A program made the translations under genes and the position numbers. A DNA stretch of 63,279 nt, counting the filler, from Bigelowiella natans CCMP2755 (lineage: Eukaryota; Protista; Cercozoa), in assembly GCA_000320545.1 (NCBI GenBank). It is 4 parts of 4 records of this genome, joined end to end, with 100 filler letters (N's around TTAATTAATTAA, not from the genome) between each part and the next. Parts side by side here need not be neighbours in the genome. Positions count along the whole stretch, not along the records: positions 22,004 to 42,549 come from ADNK01000815.1; positions 42,650 to 61,034 come from ADNK01001915.1; 2 more parts are not named here. One strand, 5' to 3'. Positions within the stretch are counted from its first letter, which is position 1, and every line of letters begins with the position of its first letter. The notes beneath the pieces were generated by a model that saw only the letters and a list, made by a program, of their open reading frames with translations, did no database searches and was not told the origin of the DNA. Positions 41,159-52,081 of the stretch are shown in pieces.

Positions 41159-41822
41159 CGGTTGTGACAATATGAATTGCGATCACCGGAGCTGGCTTCT
41201 CACTCAGGGGCAGGGGGAAGGCCAGCGTTTCCGTTTTCGCATGTCTCCAACGACATTCATATCTTCATAACAATCGTCGTCCGAATGGTCCTGATGTCGT
41301 AGTTAAACCAACTCAGTCATCAGTCACTAGAGAACGCATGGCCGCTGCCACGCTTAAGGATCGCCGGCATGCATTTGCGTCGGCGCTGCAACGAAAGCGC
41401 GACCGCATTCTGACAAATACTATCCTCCAGAATTGTGCGCCTTCGTATGCAAGCGACTGCCGCTCTCCTCTCATTACTGGCGTAGGGGGGACGAACCCCT
41501 TGTTTCCACAAGGTATATTTGTAATAAAACCTAAGAATAAGGCGTGAGAGGGGGGGGCAGGGGACCTAACGTACTATTTTGGCCAGGGGGCGGATGGGCT
41601 CCTACTGAAGTTGTTGCAGGGTTGTTGCCGGCAAGGGAAGTTGTTGTGAAGTTGTTGCCGGCAAACGAAGAGTCGCTCTCCCGGGTTGTGGCCTTCCAGG
41701 AGTGAAGACGCGCGGAGAGATGGAAGGAATTGTACAGTTTACCCGGATATATCCTACAATTCTTTGCCTAAATCAAGTTTTCCTCAGTTGCCCTCCGACC
41801 CCGACCGGGCTGCCCATTATCC

Positions 41823-42056
41823 ATGGTGGTCTCTGCGGTGGAGGAGGCCAAGCCCCCTCCCAACGATGCGAAGATCTGGAGCCCGCTGAGGGAGTCGTAC
41901 AAGCCCTCGAACAAGCCAGCGACGTACTATTGTGGGGCCTGTGGAGCTCTTCAAGACCATGTAAACCCTTCGAAAATGCCCCGCTGCCAGCAGTGCGGAC
42001 ACCGGATCCTCTACAAGACGAGGGAGAGGAGACCCATCAGGTTCCTGGCGAGATAA
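41823..42056 (+). CDS. RPB12: RNA polymerase I/II/III shared subunit RPB12 (RPABC4)
   Basis: Zn ribbon YYCGACG..PRCQQCGHRILYKTR..RFLAR*, the canonical RPB12 C-terminus. Confidence 0.95.
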   Translation: MVVSAVEEAKPPPNDAKIWSPLRESYKPSNKPATYYCGACGALQDHVNPSKMPRCQQCGHRILYKTRERRPIRFLAR

Positions 42057-42410
42057 AGTCCTGCCTTTTCAAAGATCAGGCCACGTAAGGGAGGCTAGGA
42101 GGTCTAGGCTTCACTCGTCACCGAGCCTTTAGAGACGCTCCTCGATGATTTGGAATACTCCCTGATGAAACGTGCTTTGAATGTAATGTTTCTGCGTAAT
42201 AGAGAACAATTGAACGCAACTTGGGAACGTACTGCACTTTATGAATCATATGTAGAGGAATCAGTCTCTGTGCATTTTGATACCCTTTTCGTCTTAAATG
42301 AGGCGCGAATACATTCGTTTGCTACAATTTACTACTTTGTGTATTGCTTGTCGTTGCTCTCTTCTTACATCACGCCCTTATAATCGTCGCACCAACTGTG
42401 TGAGCGAATA

Positions 42411-42414
<4 letters not shown>

Positions 42415-42480
<66 letters not shown>

Positions 42481-42510
42481 AGAGAGAGAGAGATGTGTGT
42501 GTGTGTGTGT
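42415..42510. repeat. Representative compound microsatellite (TA)n-(GA)n-(TG)n; dozens of (AC), (AG), (AT), (ATC), (AGT) and poly-C/G tracts occur, mostly in introns
   Basis: Visible directly in the sequence. Confidence 0.95.
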
Positions 42511-42549
42511 GCGTGTTATGACTCCACAATGGGTTGGCTGTCTACCCGA

Positions 42550-42649
42550 NNNNNNNNNNNNNNNNNNNNNNNNNNNNNNNNNNNNNNNNNNNNTTAATTA
42601 ATTAANNNNNNNNNNNNNNNNNNNNNNNNNNNNNNNNNNNNNNNNNNNN
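42550..42649. other. Assembly linker N44-TTAATTAATTAA-N44
   Basis: Same 100-bp spacer. Confidence 0.98.
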
Positions 42650-44038
42650 CCCCCCCCCCCCCCTTCTCCCTTTCTCTCTCTCTCTCTCTCTCTCGCGTCC
42701 CTCTCCCTCCGCTACCTACTATCAGTTGTCGTATTTGCTCCGAAAGCAGCCGAATAAAGACACGCGTCGAGTAGCACATGGCCTGCAAGCTAAGATAAAG
42801 AAGGACCTTGCTCGATATGGTGATGGGCAGTGAGTATGTAATTTATCGAACAAATTTCTTTAAGTTTTGTTCCTGGTTTCTCTCTCCTTTCTCTCTCCTT
42901 TCTCTCTCCTTTCTCTCTCTCTCTCCTTTCTCCCTCCTCCTCCTCTCCCCGCCTCTCATGTATGGCTTTTGGTTTGCCCGCAGCAACTACATTATCGGTG
43001 AGCCTGCAATACGGCCCTGAGGCAAAGCTACCAAACTCCTTGCGAAATTCATCCGGTGGGTTGTTGGAGAACAATGCCACTTGCTTTTGGTGCTACACGA
43101 CACGCCGTGCAGGCTGCGCTTTATCATCTATTTCGGAAAACAAGCGCAACATCTACACCAATACGAACATGCTAAATGGATTGATAGAGAAGGGGCGAGA
43201 GAGGGGTAGAAAAGACAGCGGGATTGCGTTTTGTTGTTTAATACTAGCATTGACTTATGCATGATCCTTCTTCCTCCACCACCACTGCCCCTGCACTAAT
43301 TGTTATTTGAAAGGCATCGTAGCGCCCACATTCACACGGCGGCGCGACGGTCGGTTTTGCTACCTCTCAATCGATTCAAACTTGTTCCCAAAGGAGCGGC
43401 AGCCAGAACAACAAGAACAAGAACAACAACAACAACAACAACAATATACACACGCACACCGAAGCGAGCAAGAAAGCTTAAAGAGCCACGACGGCACCAG
43501 TAGCCCTTCCCCTCCCCTCTTACATCTTACCGTTGTATTCTGGATCGCAACGGACGAAAGCTCGACAGCTGCCACCGCTACTGCTGCCGCCTCCCTCTCT
43601 CCCCTGAGGAAAGAGCACGCCCATCGAAAGGCAATGGATATTGTCTTCAAACTCACCGGGATCTGCGAGCCCCCAATGGCGTTTCAAGTCGCAGAAGAGC
43701 ACGTTTCCCCTCGTCTTTTCTCTGCGTCAGCCGGTGCAGATGCTGCTGCCACCTCCTCACAAGGCGAAGGGGGGGAACCCATTCGCACTGGAGGGGGGGG
43801 GGACGTCCGTGCCAGCAGACACCTTCAGTTAGCGGTCAACTCCCCCATCGCCCTGCGCGAGATCAGAGAGGAAATGTCGAAGATGTCGCACGCAAGGGTG
43901 AGGATGATGGGGGGTCTTTGCTGCGCCGCAACCGCGGCCGAGAAGGTTGAACACGCACAGCGCACCGCGCGCGATTTCCGATTTGTTTCCCGTCCTGATG
44001 CAGATCCGTGGCTCGGGTATGGGTCTAGGATTCTATGA
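42650..44038 (+). CDS. C-terminal part of a divergent protoporphyrinogen-oxidase-like (flavin amine oxidase family) protein
   Basis: TLSVSLQYGPEAKLP..GIVAP..YLSIDSNLFP..LHLTVV..AMDIVFKLTGICEPP..MMGG..KVEHAQRTA follows the order of the PPOX C-terminal motifs (VAVVNLQY..LP, G.LVP, DS..FP, VTV, LGL..P). The 5' part is in the gap. Confidence 0.45.
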
Positions 44039-44692
44039 TGACGGCGAACGATGAATGATGCTGAGGAGGTTGAATTCATTCGCTTATCCAATGCACTCGT
44101 GATTGTCAATGCATGCATGCATGGCTAGATGGCTGCGAAGAAGCAGTATCCGACGGCAACGCGACAAAATAACCGATAATTGCGTCACATTACGTGCAAT
44201 GCTAGAATGTGCTGAGCTTATTTTATTATATTTAGCCGTGTAGCTATTTAGCATGTTTAATAGTTTGCTGCCAGTACTACTGGGCATCTGCTAGATCTGC
44301 AGCACACGCATGCAGAAACACTTCAGATATTTTATTTGGTGTCGTCACATATCGATACTTGCGAGCACATAAATTACGCATAAGAACATGTAGCGTGCGC
44401 TCCTACGCTCGGCGATGTATCAAAGTGTCAAGGCTTGGGAAGTCTATAAGTCTATCTATGAGTAAATCACTAAATGAATACCGCTTTAACTAATAATTTA
44501 TCAACTGTTCAAATGCAATGCATGCATGCATGTGTTCTCCATGGGCTCATGCTCATTGCTTATGCTTTCCGAACTCACTATCGTAAGTAGTAAAACTATA
44601 TATTCTATAATCTAGATAATCATCTCTTCAGAGGCTGCTACTCTGCTGCCCTATTCCTATTCCTAACGCAACGACGAATTCATGCAACCAAG

Positions 44693-47455
44693 TCAGTTGT
44701 CTTCGACAGCTTCCAGAGTGTACTTCACCTTCCCCCGGGATGGGTGCGCCATTGCAATTCTTACTATGTCGCCGTGTTCCACGTGCAGCGTGGCTTTGAA
44801 GTTCTTGGCCCTCCACTTCGATCCCTCGTATAGTTCGGCTCTTCCTGACTCGATCGCATCAGCTCGGTAGTGATGAATGGTAGTTTTCACAGGTTTGGGG
44901 CGCTGCAGCCGCCATCCCGCCGCAGGGACGTCGTTGATCTGCGAAATCGTGAGTTTCCCGTTAAATTTTATGCGGAAGTACACGGCCTTCGGCTTGCTCT
45001 CCTTCACATCGAAGCTGCGTTCCATGCGCCCTGGCTTCAGCCGGATATACGGATTGGACTTTCCGTAAATGACGCGAATGGGGGCCTCGCCCTCGAGGGC
45101 ATTTCTCGCTTCGTGGCGTCCTTCAGCAATCGCCTGCATTGATGGTGACAGGGGGGGGGGGGGGGCATGAGAGCATGAGGGGGTTGTGAGTTATGAGATG
45201 GCTTGAAAACGGTATACTGCGCTCACGCCAGCAAAGAAACATCAATTTCGCGAGAGACAGGGCTTCGCAGTGATGGTGCCTTCGCTCATATCATATGTCC
45301 CCACTGTTTTGTCTTGTTTGTGTTCAACTTACGACGCCGCCGTCCTTCGCTTTCGCCGAGGAAGCTGAAGCAGCAGCCGCAGCAGCGTCGTTGCCGTCGT
45401 TCACGAACACTCCTTGCTGCGCCGAATCGGCCCACGCGTCCAGGCGGGAGACCGCCTCGATGTAGCGATCCAGGTTGTGGTGCTCGAAGAGGTCAAGAAG
45501 TGTGTGCGGGTACCACCCTGCGACATGCTTCGCAGGGTAGACTGAGAGCTGCTCCTCCTCTCGCGGTGTCGGGTCCGACTTTGAGTAGTACACCTTTGAT
45601 TTGAGGAAAGCTGCGTAAGTGGCGCTGCTGAGGCAGGGGTTCTGCAGTAGCGCGGCTATTGCCACCCCTCCCCCCCTCCCTTTTTGCAGTTTAAACGCGC
45701 GTGCTTGTGTGTAGAAGAAGCGCGGGAGGAAACCAGGCTTTCGCTGTTCTTCGTTTGTTTACTGGTGATACTAGTGATAAGATGTTGTGATTGGGGATGT
45801 GGTGTTTGAGGCACCTGGAGGTCGGAGTCCTTCCTATTCTTCAGTGACTGCTCCTCTGCGCTATCGGTCGTTAGCTGGAGGAATATCACCTCGCCTGCCG
45901 CAGCGCAAACCAGGAGGAGGAAGAAAGGCCAACGGCAAAACAACTGAGAATAAGGAACTCTACTTCTGAGCATCGTAGAATGGGAATGCTGGTTAAGATA
46001 GAGAGGAGGGGAGAGGTGTAGGGGATGGTGATGGTGATGATGGTGATATTATTATGATGCTCTCAGTAGCATGGCCATTATTCAGCACCTGTCGGCTCAT
46101 ACCCAAGGAACAACTCTCTATGTTCCACCCAAGTTTTCCGCGCAATCTCGAAAAGGTCTAGAAAGCCGATTCTAAGAGCCAGGACACCGGGGCACATCGT
46201 CATATTAATCTTGATGCGACGCGCTCACTAGCACACAGTGACTCAGATTCCGCAAACGCTTTCTACTCCTACAATTCACTTGTTTGCATGCTCTCTATCT
46301 CTCTCTCTCTCTCTCGCCGACTGTCGCGCAGTTACTCGCACTCAGTACCCCGCAAATAGCTTCACTAGCGAGCCAACAACTCCTTTAGGAATAACGAATT
46401 CCACGTAGGCCGGTATAACCTACAAGAAATGGCAATGAAGAACTGAAGGAAAAGGAAACGAGATTTAGCCACCTGCAAGAGCCATTCTGGTGTGCCTAGT
46501 CTAGGTATTGGGTCGTCTCGATTGATGTAGTAGTGAACGTTTCTTTGGAACTCATCCCACCACTGCCTCTTCCATGCGGCGCTGCGAGATTACATCGTGG
46601 TTAGCAGCTCGCACAGCAAACACCAGCGGTAGGTTGCAAGTCACCACAAGCGGCAAACACCACACTCATAACTCACAACAGTCAATGCCCCGTCCTCCTG
46701 CAATAGGTAGTAAGCACTTTCGAGGACTACTGACCTGTATTGCCTCCCAGATGCAACCACCTGCGGCGACCCAAAGACTCGAGCAAATATCCGGTGGCTG
46801 CTATCGCCTCGTGAGCGGAATCGTCGGCGAAGAGCTGAGAATCGAGGACTTCCAAGGAAATACCTGTTAAATTTAGACAGATCTCACTCGTTCTCCTCAC
46901 GCCTGGCTGCTTAGCACACTCACATATTCATGGTATCTTTTTCGTTGTTTTATACTTATCAATCCCCCCCCCCCGGTCTCTCCCTAAATCCCACTAAATT
47001 TTTCTTTTTTGTAGCTAAATTAATAGATCTCACGCAAGCGTTATCTGGCTATAGGCCCCGCCAAGAGAATGGCCGCCTATCACAAGGGTGTCCAACCGAA
47101 CGTTGCCTTTTTTCGCTTTATTGCGCAGGTTCTCCGTCAGTATTCGGGTGATATTGCCTTCGATCATCGCTAAGACGTCCCCCGCGGCATTGCCATTTGC
47201 AATGGCATTGGCCATTGCCGCCTAATAGGAATACAACGTGGTCGTCATTTCAATGTTATTCTCTGCTGATCGTCGTCCCTGCAGGAAGGAAGCTCGTTGG
47301 AAATGACTTTTCGCGATTTCGCGTGTGGGATGGTGGTATACCTGTAGCTTGACACCGTTTGCCCACTTTCGCCCGGGGGAAATGTCAATGATCATGTCTA
47401 CGGGGTCTTGTGTACCTCGGAAAGTGAGGAAGATCTAAAATGATGCACACACATA

Positions 47456-47493
<38 letters not shown>

Positions 47494-47723
47494 CAATGAC
47501 AACAACAAACAACACACACGAATGAATATCGAAGCATCTTTGAGCAGTGAAGTAGCATCAGAGGAGCAATTATATAATGGTAAAATGTGAGGACGAGTAG
47601 CGTGAGATATAGAGTACCGTATTATTCCTGGTATGTAGCGCCCAAGAGGTAAGATCCTCCCCCATTGAGGGAGATATCTCCTCTACCTTGAAGCCCCTGG
47701 TGGTAGGACAGGGAAGCATGAAC

Positions 47724-47787
<64 letters not shown>

Positions 47788-48491
47788 TTGTGGCAATATT
47801 ATGGGTACAATCAACGTGAAAAGTTATGATTCCGATGATGATGATGATGGTGTTGGTGATGGTGATAATAATGGTGATGATGATGGCTATGGAATCATCA
47901 ACAAATCGGCGTGCGAAAACGAAGGTGAAGGTAAGCGCAATATTAACTCATTATCCACGTCAACGGTGTAAGACCTTGATTGGAGGTATCGCTCGGAAGT
48001 GTCGATTGCCTTCGTTAAGCCTTCATCCATCTTTCGCCCTTCCCAGCTCTTATTGTATACGACCTGGCTCAGATGTGCGCAGTCTAATGCATACGATGGG
48101 CTGAACTTCCTACACAGTCAGTAGAAAAATAAGGAGGGATATGCTTGATTCGGTTCCGCACTGATCGACCTCATATATTCAATTCCTTTCGTATCGAGCC
48201 GCAAGTTGTGAGCCCCGGCTGCTTTGTTCGGAGTGATATGCTGCCGACTATTCCCCCTGGCAGTTATCTGGAACAACGTTGCAATGACGACTCATATACT
48301 GTATATTATAAGAAGATATTAATCGTACTGACTTGAGAGATATCTGCCGTAAGAAGATTAGAACTACAGCCGTAGAGGGTGATAGCCAAAATTGCTAGAA
48401 TGAGTAGGAAAGAGAGGAGAGAAACACAACTCTTTGAAGTTCTTTTCATGGATATTCTTGACAGCGGCGCGGGTTGAGTGAATTGTGCCAT
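44693..48491 (-). CDS. Class 3 lipase (alpha/beta hydrolase) with an N-terminal signal/anchor and a C-terminal extension
   Basis: IFLTFRGTQDPVDMIIDI, LVIGGHSLGGAYSQI (nucleophile elbow), ARVFGSPQV, YINRDDPIPRL; hydrophobic N-terminus VSLLSFLLILAILAITLYG. Confidence 0.9.
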
Positions 48492-48964
48492 CGTCTTGCT
48501 CGAGTGGCGTTCTCCGAATCTTCGTAAATTGTCAGATTAGGAAGGTACTTTCATGCGTTTCCCATGGTTTCCATGGCAAATCATACTGAGTAGATAGTGC
48601 ACTTTTTTCCATCGAACAACCGAAATGCGTCCCCTAGCGATGTGGGCACAGAAGCATTCGCGGATTTTTTTAAAAAATCGCCAAGCTGTTGCGACATAAG
48701 TTAGATGTTGTCGCAGGTAATTTTCACCCCTTCTATTAAATAAAAAAAGTTCCGACATATATTTCTGTGAGTACCTTCTCACTGGTTAACGACATGGTGT
48801 TCTCCATGTCGCTAAAACAAATCCGCATGCTTTCTTTTGTCATTCTGATCGTCGTAAAACAACGATTTTATTTGGTGAAATCGGCTAAAATTAGCGCAAA
48901 ACCCGAACGAATTCTCTTGCTTGCTGTCATAGTCTCGTGGCTTTTACCCCGCCCTCCTCCCAAG

Positions 48965-49572
48965 ATGGAACACAACGCTTTCACGCTCGGCCACCCTACC
49001 GCCTTCGCACGCCGCAGATTGTGTCATGGAAGGGCAGTTCTCTGTGCTTCTCTGTTGGTCAATGTAGCACTTTCCATGGTCCTTATCGGGAACATAGCTG
49101 GTGCTTCGAAGCCGTCCTACGGAAGGCCCGACCTGGGATTTGGTTGGTTTGGAAATGGAGACAACGCCAACGCCGCCGTGGCCGCTGCGGGTGCCGGTGG
49201 GACCGGATTAGCTGTGGCAGGAGGTGGACCTCAGGCTAGCCCCGCCCAAACCCAGCTTGTGCAGGCTGATGCTGTCGCTCCGGCCACCGATCAAATGGCT
49301 ACCACACCTGTAGTTCAGCCGGCCGCCGCACAACCAGCCCCAGCCGTGGTCCAGCAGCCAGTGATTGTGCCACAACCAATGTTCAGTCCCTTTGGTTTCC
49401 ACTCCATGTTTATGCCGAGTAAGAGAGAAAGAGAGAGAGGGGGGGGGGGGAGGGAGGGAGAGACGTGAAATGCGTTCAGAGAATGGCGCACGTAAAAGAT
49501 TATGATAGAGTGTAAAAATGGTTGGGCTCATATATATATTTGTAGGTGCATGCATGGTTTAGTGTTTGTATT

Positions 49573-49615
<43 letters not shown>

Positions 49616-50022
49616 AGTTATGAGAACAATAAATTGAAGCATCTTCGGTAAAATGGACATTGCTAATTTTACCAGGCTGGCCGACACTGATGTTACAAAC
49701 ACTGCTGTCGTTTCCCCACATGATTGGGGGGATGTTTAATCGGGGAGGCGGCTACCATCGCGAAGTTCACCACCATCACCACCACCACAGTCCTCACCAT
49801 AATCAGCAGCACAACCAACACCACCACGGCGGCCGTGAGCCTGTTACAGTCGGCCATAGTCACGGCGGTGCCTCTGCTGCCCCCAAGACGCATGAGAAAG
49901 AAATGGCGATGTCCCACGGTCATAGCACGGCTTCTGCTGGTAGCCATCACGCTGCTCATCACTCCTCGGGTCATCACCAATCTCACCATGGTCATCACGG
50001 CGGTGGTCGTCGTCGTCATTGA
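48965..50022 (+). CDS. Small signal-anchored protein with an Ala/Pro/Gln-rich middle and a His-rich C-terminus; 2 exons (48965-49418, 49676-50022)
   Basis: A phase-1 GT-AG intron joins the ORFs in frame. LCASLLVNVALSMVL is the hydrophobic segment. The His codons are mixed and interspersed with other codons, so this is not a simple microsatellite. Confidence 0.8.
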
Positions 50023-50775
50023 TTTCCCCTACTAAATTCACATGCATGTCTTCTCGCAACGCTGTCTTGTCAATCATCACTGACATTGTGACAAGTCTAG
50101 TTTAAAGAAATCAGCCCGTAAATAAAACGTAAGTAAAGCGTGAGCACGTGTTGCCCATTTATACCCTTTGTCACGACAAATAGTAGAATAAGCCTTGCCA
50201 CATGGCTGGATGTATATATATATATATATATACATATATATATTTATATATACATATTGCAACATGAGGCGATTGTCATTATGCAGCTGTAACGTTCATT
50301 GTAGAGACAGTACCTACATTGAGCCTTCGATTTCATTGTCTGCACTGCACTGCAATGCCTGATCGATCTAGCAGAGCGCGTCTATGTACTTCGCTGGCAT
50401 ACGCACCACTAGACCGTTTTCTTTGCGCACACATGCAAAGACTGAATAGTAATTCATATTCATAAACCGTCCTAGTGTGGTTTCGCATGTCGTTCGATGT
50501 AGTAACCCTCCGGGTTGTTCACATGCTGTGTGATATTATGCGTATCGCAATGAATAGGCAGCCATGCCTAGTCATGGGCTAGCGGCACAATTGATACACT
50601 GTTTGCAGAACATGTTACTAGATCATGTGACCAGCGCGCAACTATAACATAAGCGCGTGTTTGGCATACGATGCACAGTTGCCTGCAACAGCATTGCTCG
50701 CACAGTCAAGCAAGTGCCTTGCTGTGCGCTGGTGCGACGCGTGCATGCGCGCATGTGCCAAAAAGTAGTAAAGAC

Positions 50776-50819
<44 letters not shown>

Positions 50820-50912
50820 CAAGGCAATATTCTACTAAAATGACGACAATGTTTGCCTGTCAGTTTGATTGTGATAATAGGATTTTACTTTATGCACACG
50901 AATTGCGTTTTA

Positions 50913-52048
50913 CTAGACAGACACAGAGCACTCTAGGCGGCTTGGGTCGAAGCTTTTGAAGGGGTACTTACGCTTACCGGAGCCGTTGTTCTGGCACTTG
51001 TTCGCGGCCTTAAGCCTCTCATCTAAAGCTTTCAACTTCTCTTGAAACCCCCCCCAGATCTCCTTTTCCCATGGAGGGGCTGCCGAGGCCCCGAAATAAT
51101 GCGGGAAATCATTCATCAACGCCGGCGTCCGGATGGCGGTGAACGCCGCAATGCAGCACGTTATCAGATAAGATTGGAGGTCCGAGGAGCATTTCCCTTC
51201 GGGGATGCGAAGGGACACAAACGATCTAATGATGAAGAAACAGCGACAATGATGATAAAATGTGTCTATACGATTACAGTGGCATGAGTTAGTGATCGGT
51301 GGCAGTAGAGTATAGCCTAAAGAGAAAAAAGTCTTAATTCGGGCTGCTATTTTGAAAAATCATGCTCTCCAACAGTTGCGAGTGTAGTCAGTTGCGGGTG
51401 AGTTATAGCGTCGTTTCCTTACGGTTTTTGCACGTAATCGACGACGACGCCAACGAGCTCATGGTATGCTGTGCTGATGAAGATGAATTGAGCAAGGAGG
51501 TCCACCAGCGCCTTCGGCCCGCCATCCTTACTATCATCGTCAGAGTTGGCTAGTGGAGGCAGCTTGTACCTGAATTACAATTCGCAAATTTAACAAACAC
51601 GCAACAGTATATTTGCGACTTCAGCGCGTGAAATCAGCTATTTTCCTCATACATATTCGCCCTCATTCCACCTCCCCCTCTCTCTCTCTCTTTCTTTCTT
51701 TCTCTTTTCCTCCTCCTGTCAATCCCTCCCCTCTACCGAAGCCCTGGCCTACTTCTGGTGTTTTGTAGACTCTTGCACGATACGATAGAATTCTGCTGTA
51801 GCTTTGCCTTCCTCGTCCCCGTCATCTCCCCCCTCTTTCTTCTCCGCCTTTGCCCTTTTCAGCCAGGCGACCACGTAGGCGCGGATTTCGTTATAAATGG
51901 CAATGCCATCACTCATGTAAGGGAAGCGATCCTCCTCGCTCATCTTCTCTAGTTCTTTACCGAAGTTTCGCGACGGAAATGGCTCAAATATATCGCTCGA
52001 CTTCACCCCCTCTTCCATCATCTGTTTCACTGATTCATACCTGGACGA

Positions 52049-52081
<33 letters not shown>

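Noticed and set aside
41621-41665. GTTGCCGGCAA as an RFX X-box
   Set aside because: Imperfect match, and RFX factors are not established in this lineage; kept only as a generic motif.
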